DNA of 64,000 nt from Amoebophrya sp. A120 (taxonomy: Eukaryota; Protista; Dinoflagellata), in contig CAJINV010000001.1 of NCBI GenBank assembly GCA_905178155.1, forward strand, positions 8,881,170 through 8,945,169. Direction: 5' to 3'. Position 1 is the stretch's first letter. The number at the start of each line of letters is the position of its first letter. Positions 1-11,500 of this stretch are shown here, piece by piece. Under the pieces are notes generated by a model, which saw nothing but the letters and a program-made list of their open reading frames with translations, searched no databases and was not told where the DNA came from. The position numbers were made by a program, and so were the translations under genes.

Positions 1-1545
1 AGTTATCAGCTTCTTGTTCATCTACTAGGTAAAGAACGACGCCTGAAGCATTTACTTTTTAAACGTGTTGACCCTTCCGCCTTGCCGCTGTAGGTAGTAC
101 GACGCGACCCCGGGTCCTGGGCCGTGACAAACAATGTACACTTCTTGCGTATATTATCTATCACTATCAGGGATATCATCATACGCACAAAAGAACAGAT
201 CAACATGAGGCGACTTGACTAGACCCAGAGCGAACGCACGGCACCGTATGTACTAGCAACTTTGGTCTCGTACTCGTACTCGCTCATTGTCCAACTCTTC
301 GCCGGCCTACAACAAACTCGAAATGTTCATTTAGAATAAGAGCAAGACCATACTTTTTTTCGATCAAGAACCTCCGTCGTCCTCGGAAACGACGAGAGGT
401 GAAACCTTAGCACTGAAAATGATCTGGGTCGATATCTGTCAAACAAAGTAGGTCGATCAATCAGTTGTAAACTCAAACGGGATCATCTGGAATAATTGCA
501 CTTTCACCTGCGGTTGCGATCTTTTTTCGTTGTCGCCTGCTGTTGTAGTGGTAGATCGGAACCAGCATGACTGTGAGATGATAAAAAGCAAAAATCGCTG
601 TATTTTTGCGGATCGACTTTTACTTTTCTTGTTGTTACCGATCCATCATCATCGATCTCGTTCGCTCCGATGGATTCAAATGCAGAATGCTTTTCTGTCT
701 CGTCTGGCCGGTATGGTGCTGATCACGTGCGCACAAAAATGAAACGAAATTCCGAGAAGCAACGGATGGCCGCCAGATCTTGCGGAATAGAAGCCGTGTC
801 ATCTCCCTCCCTCAAGTTCCAAATAAAAAGCAACTAATTACGCAACTTTTAGCCTTTATTGGAGTCGACAGAACAGACACCTCAGAACAGACGCCTCAGC
901 CAGCGTTCAGAATTCACATTCACCAAAAACAACAGCGACAGTTGGATAGTTGTAAAGTTTTAGTCGATCGATTTGAAGAATTTGTCTGTTACCAGCAGAA
1001 GCGGAAGTCTCCAAGTGCTGCATTTATTTGAATCTCGACTGTAAAATAAGTCATCCTCTTTTCTACCTTTACTTCGGCTTTTGTGTGTGTACCTAGTACT
1101 ATACTTTTCTACTTGTTCCTTTTTACTTGCACCTCCAGTTGTGTTTCATTGACTTCGAGTTTGTAAGGTGTCATTGACTTCACTTAAATTCTATTGTTTC
1201 GTTCCCGACGGATTCCAGCGTGGAGAAAGCAATGCAATTGAGCACGAAATTGGACAAGAAAGACTATCACCGTGAAGGACCCGAAATAAATACTCCGCAT
1301 TTATTTTCTACTTCCACATCCACATCTGATTCGGAAGTCCAGCATTCGTCATCCACTACTCCGAGAACAGCTGTCCCGCTGACACTAGCGTCAGACAACT
1401 ACAGCAGCAGCGAAGAAAGAAAGGGTTTGAGTAATCCAGTGGTCATTTGTACACGAAGCGACCAAGGACGACGAGGCTCAGCGAAGGGTGGACGTCGACC
1501 ACCGAACAAAAATCTTCTCACATCTAAATACAAGTGAGCTGCACG

Positions 1546-4458
1546 ATGAGCGGTGCTCCGCAAATGCCGCCGGCCAGCGTCAAGCCGCCCACGATCCGGG
1601 TGAGCTCGTTGCACGAGGGTCAGGAGGTGCACGCCTTCCACCGCTATTGCCAAGACCCCAATGGAAACTATTTCATGGTGGACCACAAAACCATGGGCAG
1701 CATGCACCCCAGCATGGGCCGCACCGACGGCTGGACCCGGGCAATTATCGTCCAAAACTGGGACGCCACCGGCTACGATATCAACGTGCAGGAATCCTGG
1801 CCCCTCGTCAGGTGGCAACACCCGCTGTGGTATGACAGGAGGGGAAGAAGGTATTGCTGATTATGAAATTCGTATGATTCCACTAGATCGAGTTACTAGT
1901 TTACTATACCAACACCACAGGAGTAGATCTAGATATTTTGCTTTTGCATGATCTTTACCTGCACCTTTTTCCGCGACTTTCATCTTGTACGTTAGTTTGA
2001 TGTGGCAGATGAAGCCGCGGCGCTAAGCAAAAGACTTCACCACTTCTCGATGACACCAGATTGGACACGTCCCAACCGGGGCATGTGACGCAGCGCGTTC
2101 CGGCAGAGCAGATCCGAACCTTCCAGAACCCGGAGGAGGCGACGCAGAGGCCAAATCTGTCGATCCTGTCCGTCCGATGGGGCGGCGCGCAGGTGGTCGA
2201 CCCGGTCACGGAAGGCGTCGGGGGATGGGGCGTTATTGGCAGCACATGCTCGGATAACTACATCAACTCCTTTGAAACCCAAGTTTTCAACACGTGTGGA
2301 CCCACCTACGAGATTTTCTCCTGCTTCATCCAGAACTCCAGCGAGTTGCACAAACTGAAGTCGCCACTCATTCGCCACCAACTCAGGGGAAAATTCGTGG
2401 GCGCACAGTATAATTGACAACTTTGTTGACCATTATTCCCATTAAATGTAATACCGATTTTGGTGACCTACGAATGACTTCTTGTTTCATATGTTCGAAG
2501 CAAGCAGGCCATGATTTTTCGAACCACACGCCCGAAGGACGAATGTGGTACTGCACGACCTGGTCGCTAATTTTTATTCACGAAAACCGATGCGTCGATT
2601 GAAAAACAGGTATTATCTCTGGCCGATTGGTTTCGATGATGGGCACGAGTACCCGGGTTACGTGGAGCGAGAGGAATTGTTTGCCTTAATCATGTATCAC
2701 GAGTGCGCTGGCGTGCCGACCCGGTTCCCGCACAATTCGCACCTGTACCGAATGTTCGCTTCAAAGGAGTGGACCGCCGCGCAATGTATAACTTTTTCAT
2801 CTTTATCTACTTCAGCATGGATTTTATCATCATATTAAAATAAAAAGGCGTTTGAAAACTGTAAACTGCTCGAGGTTCCTGTTTCACATCGATATAGTCG
2901 CATGCAAAGCCTTCTTCTAAATTTGATATTGATTTCTTACCAGGCCTGAACCCGCAGCTGCGAACGCCGCTGACGACCAAGGTGCCCCGCGCCCTGATCG
3001 CCCAGAACCCGGAGCGGGCCGCCGCACAGGCTTATGACGCTTTGAACGCCATGTCCCAGGCTCGAACGAGCATTTTCCAGTTTCCGGAGTACACGACCCC
3101 GAAGATGATCACCCAGGGCGTTGCAAAGCTTGGATGGAGTTGGGAAGCACTCGACGTCCGGAAGTGGACCAACCAGGAATCCCTGCAGAACGCGTTGGTG
3201 GACCTGGGAGAACAGCAGGGCAGTCACATGGAATACGTTTTTGTTCAGGTAGAGCTTGTCGCTTCATTTTGTATGTACGACGTGCCCAGGCAAAGCGAAG
3301 GAAAAGCAATAGAACAAGCAGAAGCATATTGATATTCTTTTATACTTGATGATCCTACTGTGATTTGTCTTCATCCTTGAGATGATTGCAAAATCCTGAA
3401 ACACAGGAATGGGTGGAGTTTGACGTGGAGATCCGAAATTACGTGGTGCTCCCCGACCTCCGAAACCCCCCGTCGTGCTTGCCGAAGGGAGCCGTGTGCA
3501 CCATGTTCCAGGAGGAGACCCAGAACGGCGGATTCACCAACTTCACCCGCTTCGGACGGGAAGAGTGCGCGGCCCGAATTTTCAAGGGGGACAATGCCGC
3601 TTTCGACAGCTGCACCGCACAGATTAACGCCTTGATATACAAATGGCTCTGTATAATTCTTTTTTTTTTATGTTTATCATTATTCCTTTTGCTTCTGTAC
3701 GGCGACGGCTCGCTGTGAAAAGGCGAAGTGCCCGCTAAAAAGTGAACTTCAGCGTCTCGCGTTCTCCGATTGAACTATCCATCCAAGTGCAAGTTGTATT
3801 TCTATGACGATACCATATCAGTTGCTATCCGAGCGGAGTGTGCGGAACCGCCAGTGTTTGTCCGATTCGATATGTTGTGCAAGTACCGTGGAAACGGCGT
3901 CTGCGAGGTGATGACGGGAGAGCTGACCGAACTCGGCGGGTGCTTCCTCGGATGGCAAGAGGGCCCGCAAATCGTTTTCAATGCGATCATCGACTCCTAC
4001 TTTGGGCGTCTGTCCGCGAGCTGCCTCCCCCAGTTGAACGGAAAGAATGGTGGTGCGAACCCGGTGGCCACCGGACCGGGAATCTCGATGAATGGGTTGG
4101 TTTCGACGCAAGGCCCGACGAACAAGGTACGTAATAGTTACTGTGATTTTGTTTGATCATTGTTGACGTTGAAGCTGAAGCATATTGAACGATCGCAAGC
4201 TTCCTTTAGTATTACTATTAGTACCAGAAGCGCAATTGTGAATGTGATTATAGTACTGAGGCGAAGGTTATTAAACTTCATGGAGCACACATCATAAATC
4301 TAAAAACCTCTCAGGTTGCGCCCCCGCCCGGAGAACAGAACAATCAGAAGCCGCCACCGCCGCAACAGCAGCAGAACGAAACTAATGGGACAGTGCCACA
4401 GAATAACGTACCCTCACCGCAGGCGAATGGAAACCACGCGTCGCAGCCGCACCAGTAA
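1546..4458 (+). CDS. Putative ATP-grasp-fold protein, 7 exons (~608 aa)
   Basis: Exons 1546-1850, 2060-2407, 2610-2785, 2944-3248, 3407-3650, 3822-4126 and 4315-4458 join in frame through six GT-AG introns. Motif order GVAKLGWSWEALDV...VFVQEWVEFDVEIR...VRFD...GELTE resembles ATP-grasp ligases; the fold call is by eye. Confidence 0.75.
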
Positions 4459-5402
4459 AAAAAAAGCGATTATATCGATAGAAGGGAGAATTCGATCAGA
4501 TTGTGCTGCTCCTCGACAATTATTCATTTACCGCGACTTTCACCGAAGATGAGGTTTATTCATCCTATGTTGAGTTTTGCAATCACGACGACAAAAATGA
4601 CGCGCCATGTGTTCTAGATCTAGTGACAGTAATACATCCATCTTCTCGCTCGCCGCAAGTTCCTGTCATTTTCCTTTTCCACGACTTTTTCCCACCACAT
4701 GTTGGCACCCTTCACTCAACTTCTTGCTCTTTTACATCTACCAAGTACAGGAAACGATGCCAAGACGGAGAAGCAGAAGCGCCAGATTTTCTTCTTCTTG
4801 GCGTCGGCACAATATGAGCAAGCGATTATGTACGAGATCGTGCAGGTTTTTGTGTACGCATCGTTTGTAAATCGACAGCCACGGCGAACAAGATGAAAGC
4901 GAAGTATGTTTTGTGAGAAGAAAAACAATCGACATTAGCTCAAGTTAGGGAATCGAACTCGAGAATACAGCAGGGATCTAGCACCGATCCGGAGCACGCA
5001 CTGAAGAGCATGATCTATGCCAACGAATGAACCGACGTCACCAAAAATTGAAGAAGATATTGAATATCGCGATAAAAAAGTAAAGAGATTGTCCTTGCCG
5101 GTGGAGCACTGAACATACGCAGGTGCTGCCGACGAGGCGTGTCCTGTCTCGTACTTTTGCGACAGCGACTACGTCCTCACTGGTTTCTGACACGACATGA
5201 AAGTCTACCGCTGTCGATGTTCGCCCAAATGCAGTAACGCCAAAAAAATTCTCAACTTTACTAGGAGGCCGAGACACGACTACGCCGCTGAGCCAAACTT
5301 GCAAAAGAACGGTTACATTCCGAATCAAGTTATCAACTCGGAATCACGTTAGTGGAATCAAGTTTACAATAGAATCAAGTTAATGGAATCAAGTTAGCAG
5401 AG

Positions 5403-5439
5403 TCTGGGTTTGGGGTTTGGGGTCTAGGGTTTGGGGTTT
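5403..5439 (+). repeat. Interstitial telomere-like heptamer repeats (GGGTTTG/GGGTCTA), G4-capable
   Basis: gggtttg gggtttg gggtcta gggtttg gggttt; resembles TTTAGGG-type telomere repeats. Confidence 0.6.
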
Positions 5440-5721
5440 CTGCTCGTCGGCCAGGGCAGCCGCCGCCGGCCGGCCGGCCGGCGGCGGCTGCCCTGGCAAG
5501 TGGCTCTCTCTTCTCGCTGTTGCGCCAAACAATGCGCCCCCGCGCCTTGCCCGCCTTTGTTGTTGGCGCGCTATTGCCCCGCCGTGGTTCCCGTTGCTTC
5601 CGTGCGCCAGCTCCTTCGTCGGCTGGCGGGCTTTTGGGGCCGCCCGGCGTTCCTTTGGGTTGTAAGTTGCCTAAAGTTGTTTCGCTTCCAGCTCCTGAAT
5701 CAACTTGATTCGGCAAACGCA

Positions 5722-6168
5722 CTTCCCGATTTGAACTTGAGCAGGCACATGCACATCTTTGGGCTGCTACAATCGAAGCAGCACAATACCGGAGCGATGT
5801 AGCGGCTTGGTCGTGACTGGGCGCGCAGCCGAGTCCTGATCTCGGGAAGCTACGCGAACAGCACTTATAATTGACTGCGCATCTTATGGTCGTCCGTGAA
5901 ATTAAACCACTACAGATCGGTTAGCGAAAATGGCGCCGGGAGCTGCCCGCGGATGCCGCTTCGCGATTGTCGCAACCTGCGCCATCACCGTGGTTTCCGG
6001 TTTTTCCGCGATCAAAACACGTAGCACTGCCGTAGGCGCATCTGCCAAGACGTCTCGCAGAGCTGCCAGGAGAACAACTGCGACAGCTCAAGTAGCAAGA
6101 AGTAGTGCACGCGCCACTCAAAGTTCTAAAAAAGAGCTGTCCAAGAACACAGCAGTGGGAACAAAGCC
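5722..6168 (+). pseudogene. 447-bp copy of the upstream region and first ~80 codons of the gene at 24035
   Basis: Matches 23827-24273 (offset 18105); ORF 5930-6172 equals the first 80 aa of ORF 24035 and then stops. Confidence 0.9.
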
Positions 6169-8537
6169 TTAGCCGAAAAAATTCTCAACTTTACTAGTAA
6201 AAAAAATAAAATTCTCAACTTTACTAGGAGGCCGAGACACGACTACGCCGCTGAGCCAAACTCCTAGGCCGAGACACGACTAGGCCGAGACACGACTACT
6301 GCCCCGCTAAACCGAAGAAAAAAACGGCGCCGCGGCAAAATTGCTGAGGCCCGCGGGGGCTTTGTGTTTTTGGCGTTTGCAATTTTTACCCGCGCGGCCG
6401 GCGCCGCGGGCGGGGCGGGCAGCCGTTTGACCCTCCGGGGCGCCGCTGGGCTAGGTTTTGCAAGTGGCCATCTGCTTTTTTTTGTGTGTTTTGCGATTTT
6501 TTTCGCGTTTTGCCGCTTTTTTTGCTGTGTTTTGGATATTTTTTTCGTGCTTTGCCGGTTTTCAATCGAGCTGGCCCCCCCCTCAGCCAATGGCAGGCGA
6601 ACTTGTTCTCCAACAATTGGCGGGAGAAAACTCGACCGGGAACCGGGAGAACACAAAAAAAAGCAGCAAAACGCGAAAAAAAGCTGCAAAACGCGAAAAA
6701 AGGCAAATGCCCAGCGCCGGGCTTTCTCTCAGCAGTTGCGACGGGGCCGATTTTGTTTTTCTTCCGCGAACGGGCCCTGGAGTCTTTCCAACTTTCCCAA
6801 ACAAGAGGAAAAGTCGCAAAAGTTTCAGCTTCCGTTCGTGGGGGAAGAATGCAGCTGGCTGCGACCGTAGTGCCACTGTGTATACGGCGTCGGGCGACGG
6901 CAGTAGGTGGGCAATCGCATCGCGCGGCGTCTCTTTTCGTTCTTTGCCCCGCTATGTCGCGTATCAAAATCCATCGGTCTACGTATGGCAATCCAAAATA
7001 ATCAGAACAGAGTCCAGATATCAAGCGGCTTTTGAAGCGAAACACGAGGGGAGTACACTTAGGAATCACTTAGGTCAAATAGTCCTTTATTGAGAAAGTC
7101 CACTAGTAAAAAATTCTCAACTTTACTAGGAGGCCGAGACACGACTACGCCGCTGAGCCAAACTTGCAAAAGAACAGAACGCTTTTTGTGCTCGGATCGC
7201 GTCAATAGATACGACCACAGGTGAAGTGAGGTTTTTACAAGCGTTGTTCATTCTCCTCACGACCCTTTACTATAGTCTTTTTCTTCCTTTCGCTCGGTAA
7301 AATTGCCGCACATCTTCATCAGCGTCCTGGTTCAAATGCAAACGAATGGCTGCTCTTATCGATGAGGCCACTGGTGTCGCTTGAGAGTTGTCGTCGGTCG
7401 TAAATCGTTCATCGCATCGCTCGAAACTGACCAGCTCGGGACGGAAAAGTGGAACGACGACGACGGTAAAAGCCACTGGTGGGAGCCGACATGAAAACTC
7501 CATTTTGATAACCTCACTCGAAACTAGCTCCGCCTGTTTTTTGTGTTTTCAAAAGAAAAAGTTGTGTTGAGCTGATGTATGAATTGATTCTCACCGCCGT
7601 TTTTGTACATCTTTCTTACCAACTAGAAGCCTAGCGTCGACCTCTTGTACCAATTGGTACTGTTCTGGCAACGCAGTAATTTTGACTTCGCCACCCCCCT
7701 TTTTTTTACGTTGTGTTTGTCTACTTTGCGCAATGGATGCGTGCTAAACCTAAATCAGTGCTTGCCTCTGCAGGCCGCGCACTTATCTTTGACTCCTTGA
7801 TGGGACTTCCAGTTGCCGTTGCGTGCACTTACCTACGCGACCATTTTGAATTGTAATTTGTGTAGCCCCGGGATGAAATTTCATTTTGCGTAGAAGAACG
7901 CAGAAGAATTGTATTCTATCTGACGGTGTTGACTTGGTTGGTGTGGCTGTTCCTCCTTTTCAGTTTTTTCTTTCAACATAAACGAAAACCAATACTACAA
8001 ACAGAAGCATTGCCTTGCTTTTGCTGGTCTTGGTCCTGCTTGCAGTACGACTTAATATAGTAAAATTTGAAATTTTGAAGAAATTCAAGTCGCCGACGAG
8101 CTGATAGATTCTATCATAGCCCTAAAAAAGCGTCTGGCCCTCCAGTAAGTACATGCATCAAGAAGTCTATAATCCGTAGCTAAAAATTGAACTCCCGCTC
8201 GCTTCATCTTCTCTCGGATTCAACTTCATTATTGATCGGGTATAGATATATCCATTGAAGATCCCTGAGAAGCCCAAGCCGAGACAACACAATCAAAAGT
8301 ATAAAAACAAAATCCTGGGATTGTTGTAAAAGGGAGCAATAGATCTCGGAAAATTCGATGCAAGATATTGCTCGGACGAGGTTGGCTTTTGAAGATCCAG
8401 TCCCCCTGGTGTTGTATCCTCGTGGTCCGGGAAATTGTAGGGAACAAGCGAAAGAAGGAGCCAGCAGGAAGGCGTGAAGAAACAGAAACCTCCTCGGAAG
8501 ATAGAACGTCGAGTTTCTTCGCCCGTCCGTCCTCGTC

Positions 8538-11500
8538 ATGGTGATTAACAACCGGAGTCATCATCATGTGTTGCCGGCGGCCGTCGCCGAAGACAACGCT
8601 CCCAACGAGAACGATGACATCGTGCATTTCCTCCCGGCATCCCGCAAGCAGCTACAGCACCCGCACGAGCACGTGCCTTCGCGCCCCGGCTCCGTTCCCA
8701 TCGGACCGCCAAGGGAATATCGTGACCCGCCCGGGCTGCCACTTCGGGTATGTAAATCAATGTTGATCTTCGGTTTGTTCGTGTTGGAATGCATAGCATA
8801 GCATGCAAAAATTAAGGATGCAGCTTTGCTTAGTTTTTTGCTCGTTGCTGCTGGTGTTATCGTTCTGGTTCTTCGTCTTCGACTGGTAATATCACAGCCA
8901 GGAAAGAACCAACTGAGCAAGCAATCGAATTCCGATTCGGGAAACGAAAACGAGCATATGCAACATGAAAAAAAAATCACAGTCCGAGAGCGCGAACGCG
9001 GGGCTGACGATGTGGCGCGACCTTTTGGTGGACCAGCGCCCGCCGTCGACGCCGGACCCGTTCTTGCCCCCCGCGTTGCAGAGCAGCTCGACACCGAAAA
9101 TTTTTGGCGCGCGGCCCGTTTCCACCCCCCTACCCGACGTGACGCGCAGCAGCAGCGCGAACATCGAACCGCTGTGGACCTCGGCGTCCTCCTCCCGGGG
9201 CAATTCCCCGATCAAATCGCCCAGAACCGCGACCACCTTCCTGCACAAGATGCAACACCACTCCGGGACGTCGAGCTCCTCCTCGGCGCGGGCGCCGATA
9301 CCCAGCTTCCACCAGCAGCACCAGGTGTACGTCGTGCAGCAACCGCAGCCGCGCCGCCCCGGGGCCGGCAACCTTCACTTCCAGCCGCAGTCGGGCACCA
9401 GTGCGGGCGGGAGCTCCACGTCGCACAGCGCCGACGTGGAACACGAACTGCGAATACACGAGCAGGCGCGTGCCGCCAGCGCACAAGCAGGCATGCTCAA
9501 AGCGAGGCCACCGCCCCGCGGGGCGGAACACCTGCACGACGACATACTGCTCGATCCGGAGCACGATGTACCAAGAATTTTTACCCTTTTGATGTTGCAG
9601 GCGAGCTTCGAAGTCGATTTCCGCAAAACAAGACAGAACTTGATAATCTTCTGCAAACGAGTTGGAGTTCGAGTCATTTAATACTGATGAAGTAGATTCA
9701 TTTGTGTGAACTGCGCCTGATCAACAACTACAGTTGCCTGCCGATGTAGTGGATCGCAGTGGAAGCATTCCGATACACACGCCAAGCCCCATCGGCATCG
9801 GCTACCATAATCCGCTTGTGTGGGAAGGCCTGTATCGCCAGTTCCTCGCCGCGGAATCCGCCTACGCACAGGCAGCACACCACCAGGCAGCGTCTGAACA
9901 CCACCTCGCTGCGGCTGCTAGGATAGTCAAAGTACGCTGCTTATCTTTATTCCTCTTTCTGTGAAACAGGATAGATTTCGTGACGATGCAAACAGTTTCT
10001 TGTTGGCTCTGGGGGCATCAACCTGGTACTGGCTGCAACATCGACATAAGTGATTGCATTCGTACGTAAAGGCAAACGCATTTTTCGTGCAATCCTAATC
10101 TGCAGGAGCAGGACGAGTGGCGAAGCCCATGGAGTGGAGTTCCAGAAGATCCCTGGTGGCCAGAGCAAGGTCGGCCCCCGCACCTACCCCCGCCCTCGGA
10201 GAGCTGGTATACATTCGCGTTTCCTTCGTTTGATCTTTTATGGAGATTACATACCATGGGGATGAGCTTGTTCCATTTTCTATACTTCATCCTCCTCCTC
10301 CTCACTACAAATGGTATCACATCACTTGGAAGAAGACATGGTTCGGAACCTCCCAATAGAATAGTTCACCGGAAAATTTTGGTTGATTTCACTGGGGAAT
10401 GATTTTCGTTTCCGGGCACCTGAGCGCGTCCGACACCTCCACATCGCCGGGCAACCGCTACGCCGCAGCACTGCGGTACTGGGAAAGAAGTGATATTTCA
10501 GTGAAATCTCACTTTTTCCAGAGTCTCACTTTTGGGCGCCCAAAAGTGAGATTTCTCAAAAAGTGAGATTTCAGTGAAGTCTCACTTTTTCCAGAGTCTC
10601 ACTTTTGGGCGCCACAAAGTGAAATTTCTCAAAAAGTGAGATTTCAGTGAAATCTCACCCATTTCCGAGTGCGGTACTGGGAAAGGGGTGAGATTTCAGT
10701 GAAATCTCACTTTTTCCAGAATCTCACTTTTGGGCGCCCAAAAGTGAGATCTCTCGAAAAGTGAGATTTCAGTGAAATCTCACCCATTTCCCAGTGCGGT
10801 ACTGGGAAACGGGTGAGATTTCAGTGAAATCTCACTTTTTCCAGAGTCTCACTTTTGGGCGCCCAAAAGTGAGATTTCTCAAAAAGTGAGATTTCAGTGA
10901 AATCTCACTTTTTCCAGAGTCTCACTTTTGGGCGCCACAAAGTGAAATTTCTCAAAAAGTGAGATTTCAGTGAAATCTCACCCATTTCCCAGTGCGGTAC
11001 TGGGAAAGGGGTGAGATTTCAGTGAAATCTCACTTTTTCCAGAATCTCACTTTTGGGCGCCCAAAAGTGAGATCTCTCGAAAAGTGAGATTTCAGTGAAA
11101 TCTCACCCATTTCCCAGTGCGGTACTGGGAAACGGGTGAGATTTCAGTGAAATCTCACTTTTTCCAGAGTCTCACTTTTGGGCGCCCAAAAGTGAGATTT
11201 CTCAAAAAGTGAGATTTCAGTGAAATCTCACCCATTTCCCAGTGCGGTACTGGGCTCCAGTGCGGCACTGGAGCCCAGTATCACTTTTTCCAGAATCTCA
11301 CTTTTGGGCTCGAAAGTGAGATTTCTCAAAAAGTGAGATTTCAGTGAAATCTCACCCATTACCCAGTGCGGCACTGGGAAACGGGTGTGATTTCAGTGAA
11401 ATCTCACTTTTTCCAGAGTCTCACTTTTGGGCGCCCAAAAGTGAGATTTCCCAAAAGGTGAGATTTCACTGAAATCTCACTTTTTCCAGAATCTCACTTT

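Larger units (their letters stand above)
5243..7175. repeat. Complex insertion bounded by 68-bp direct repeats
   Basis: 5243-5310 is identical to 7108-7175; stuttered sub-fragments of the same 68-mer occur at ~6175-6300. Confidence 0.9.

Noticed and set aside
90-225. Possible terminal exon of an upstream gene
   Set aside because: An AG acceptor and two short open frames exist, but no motif allows a frame or product to be chosen.
4930-4945. Possible relic of the dinoflagellate spliced leader (CATTAGCTCAAG); also CCGTAGC near 8173
   Set aside because: Only short partial matches, not at a gene start; compatible with chance.
5375-7093. Many overlapping ORFs on both strands, up to 227 aa
   Set aside because: They arise from stop-poor GC/A-tract palindromic DNA; the translations are low-complexity with no recognisable domains.
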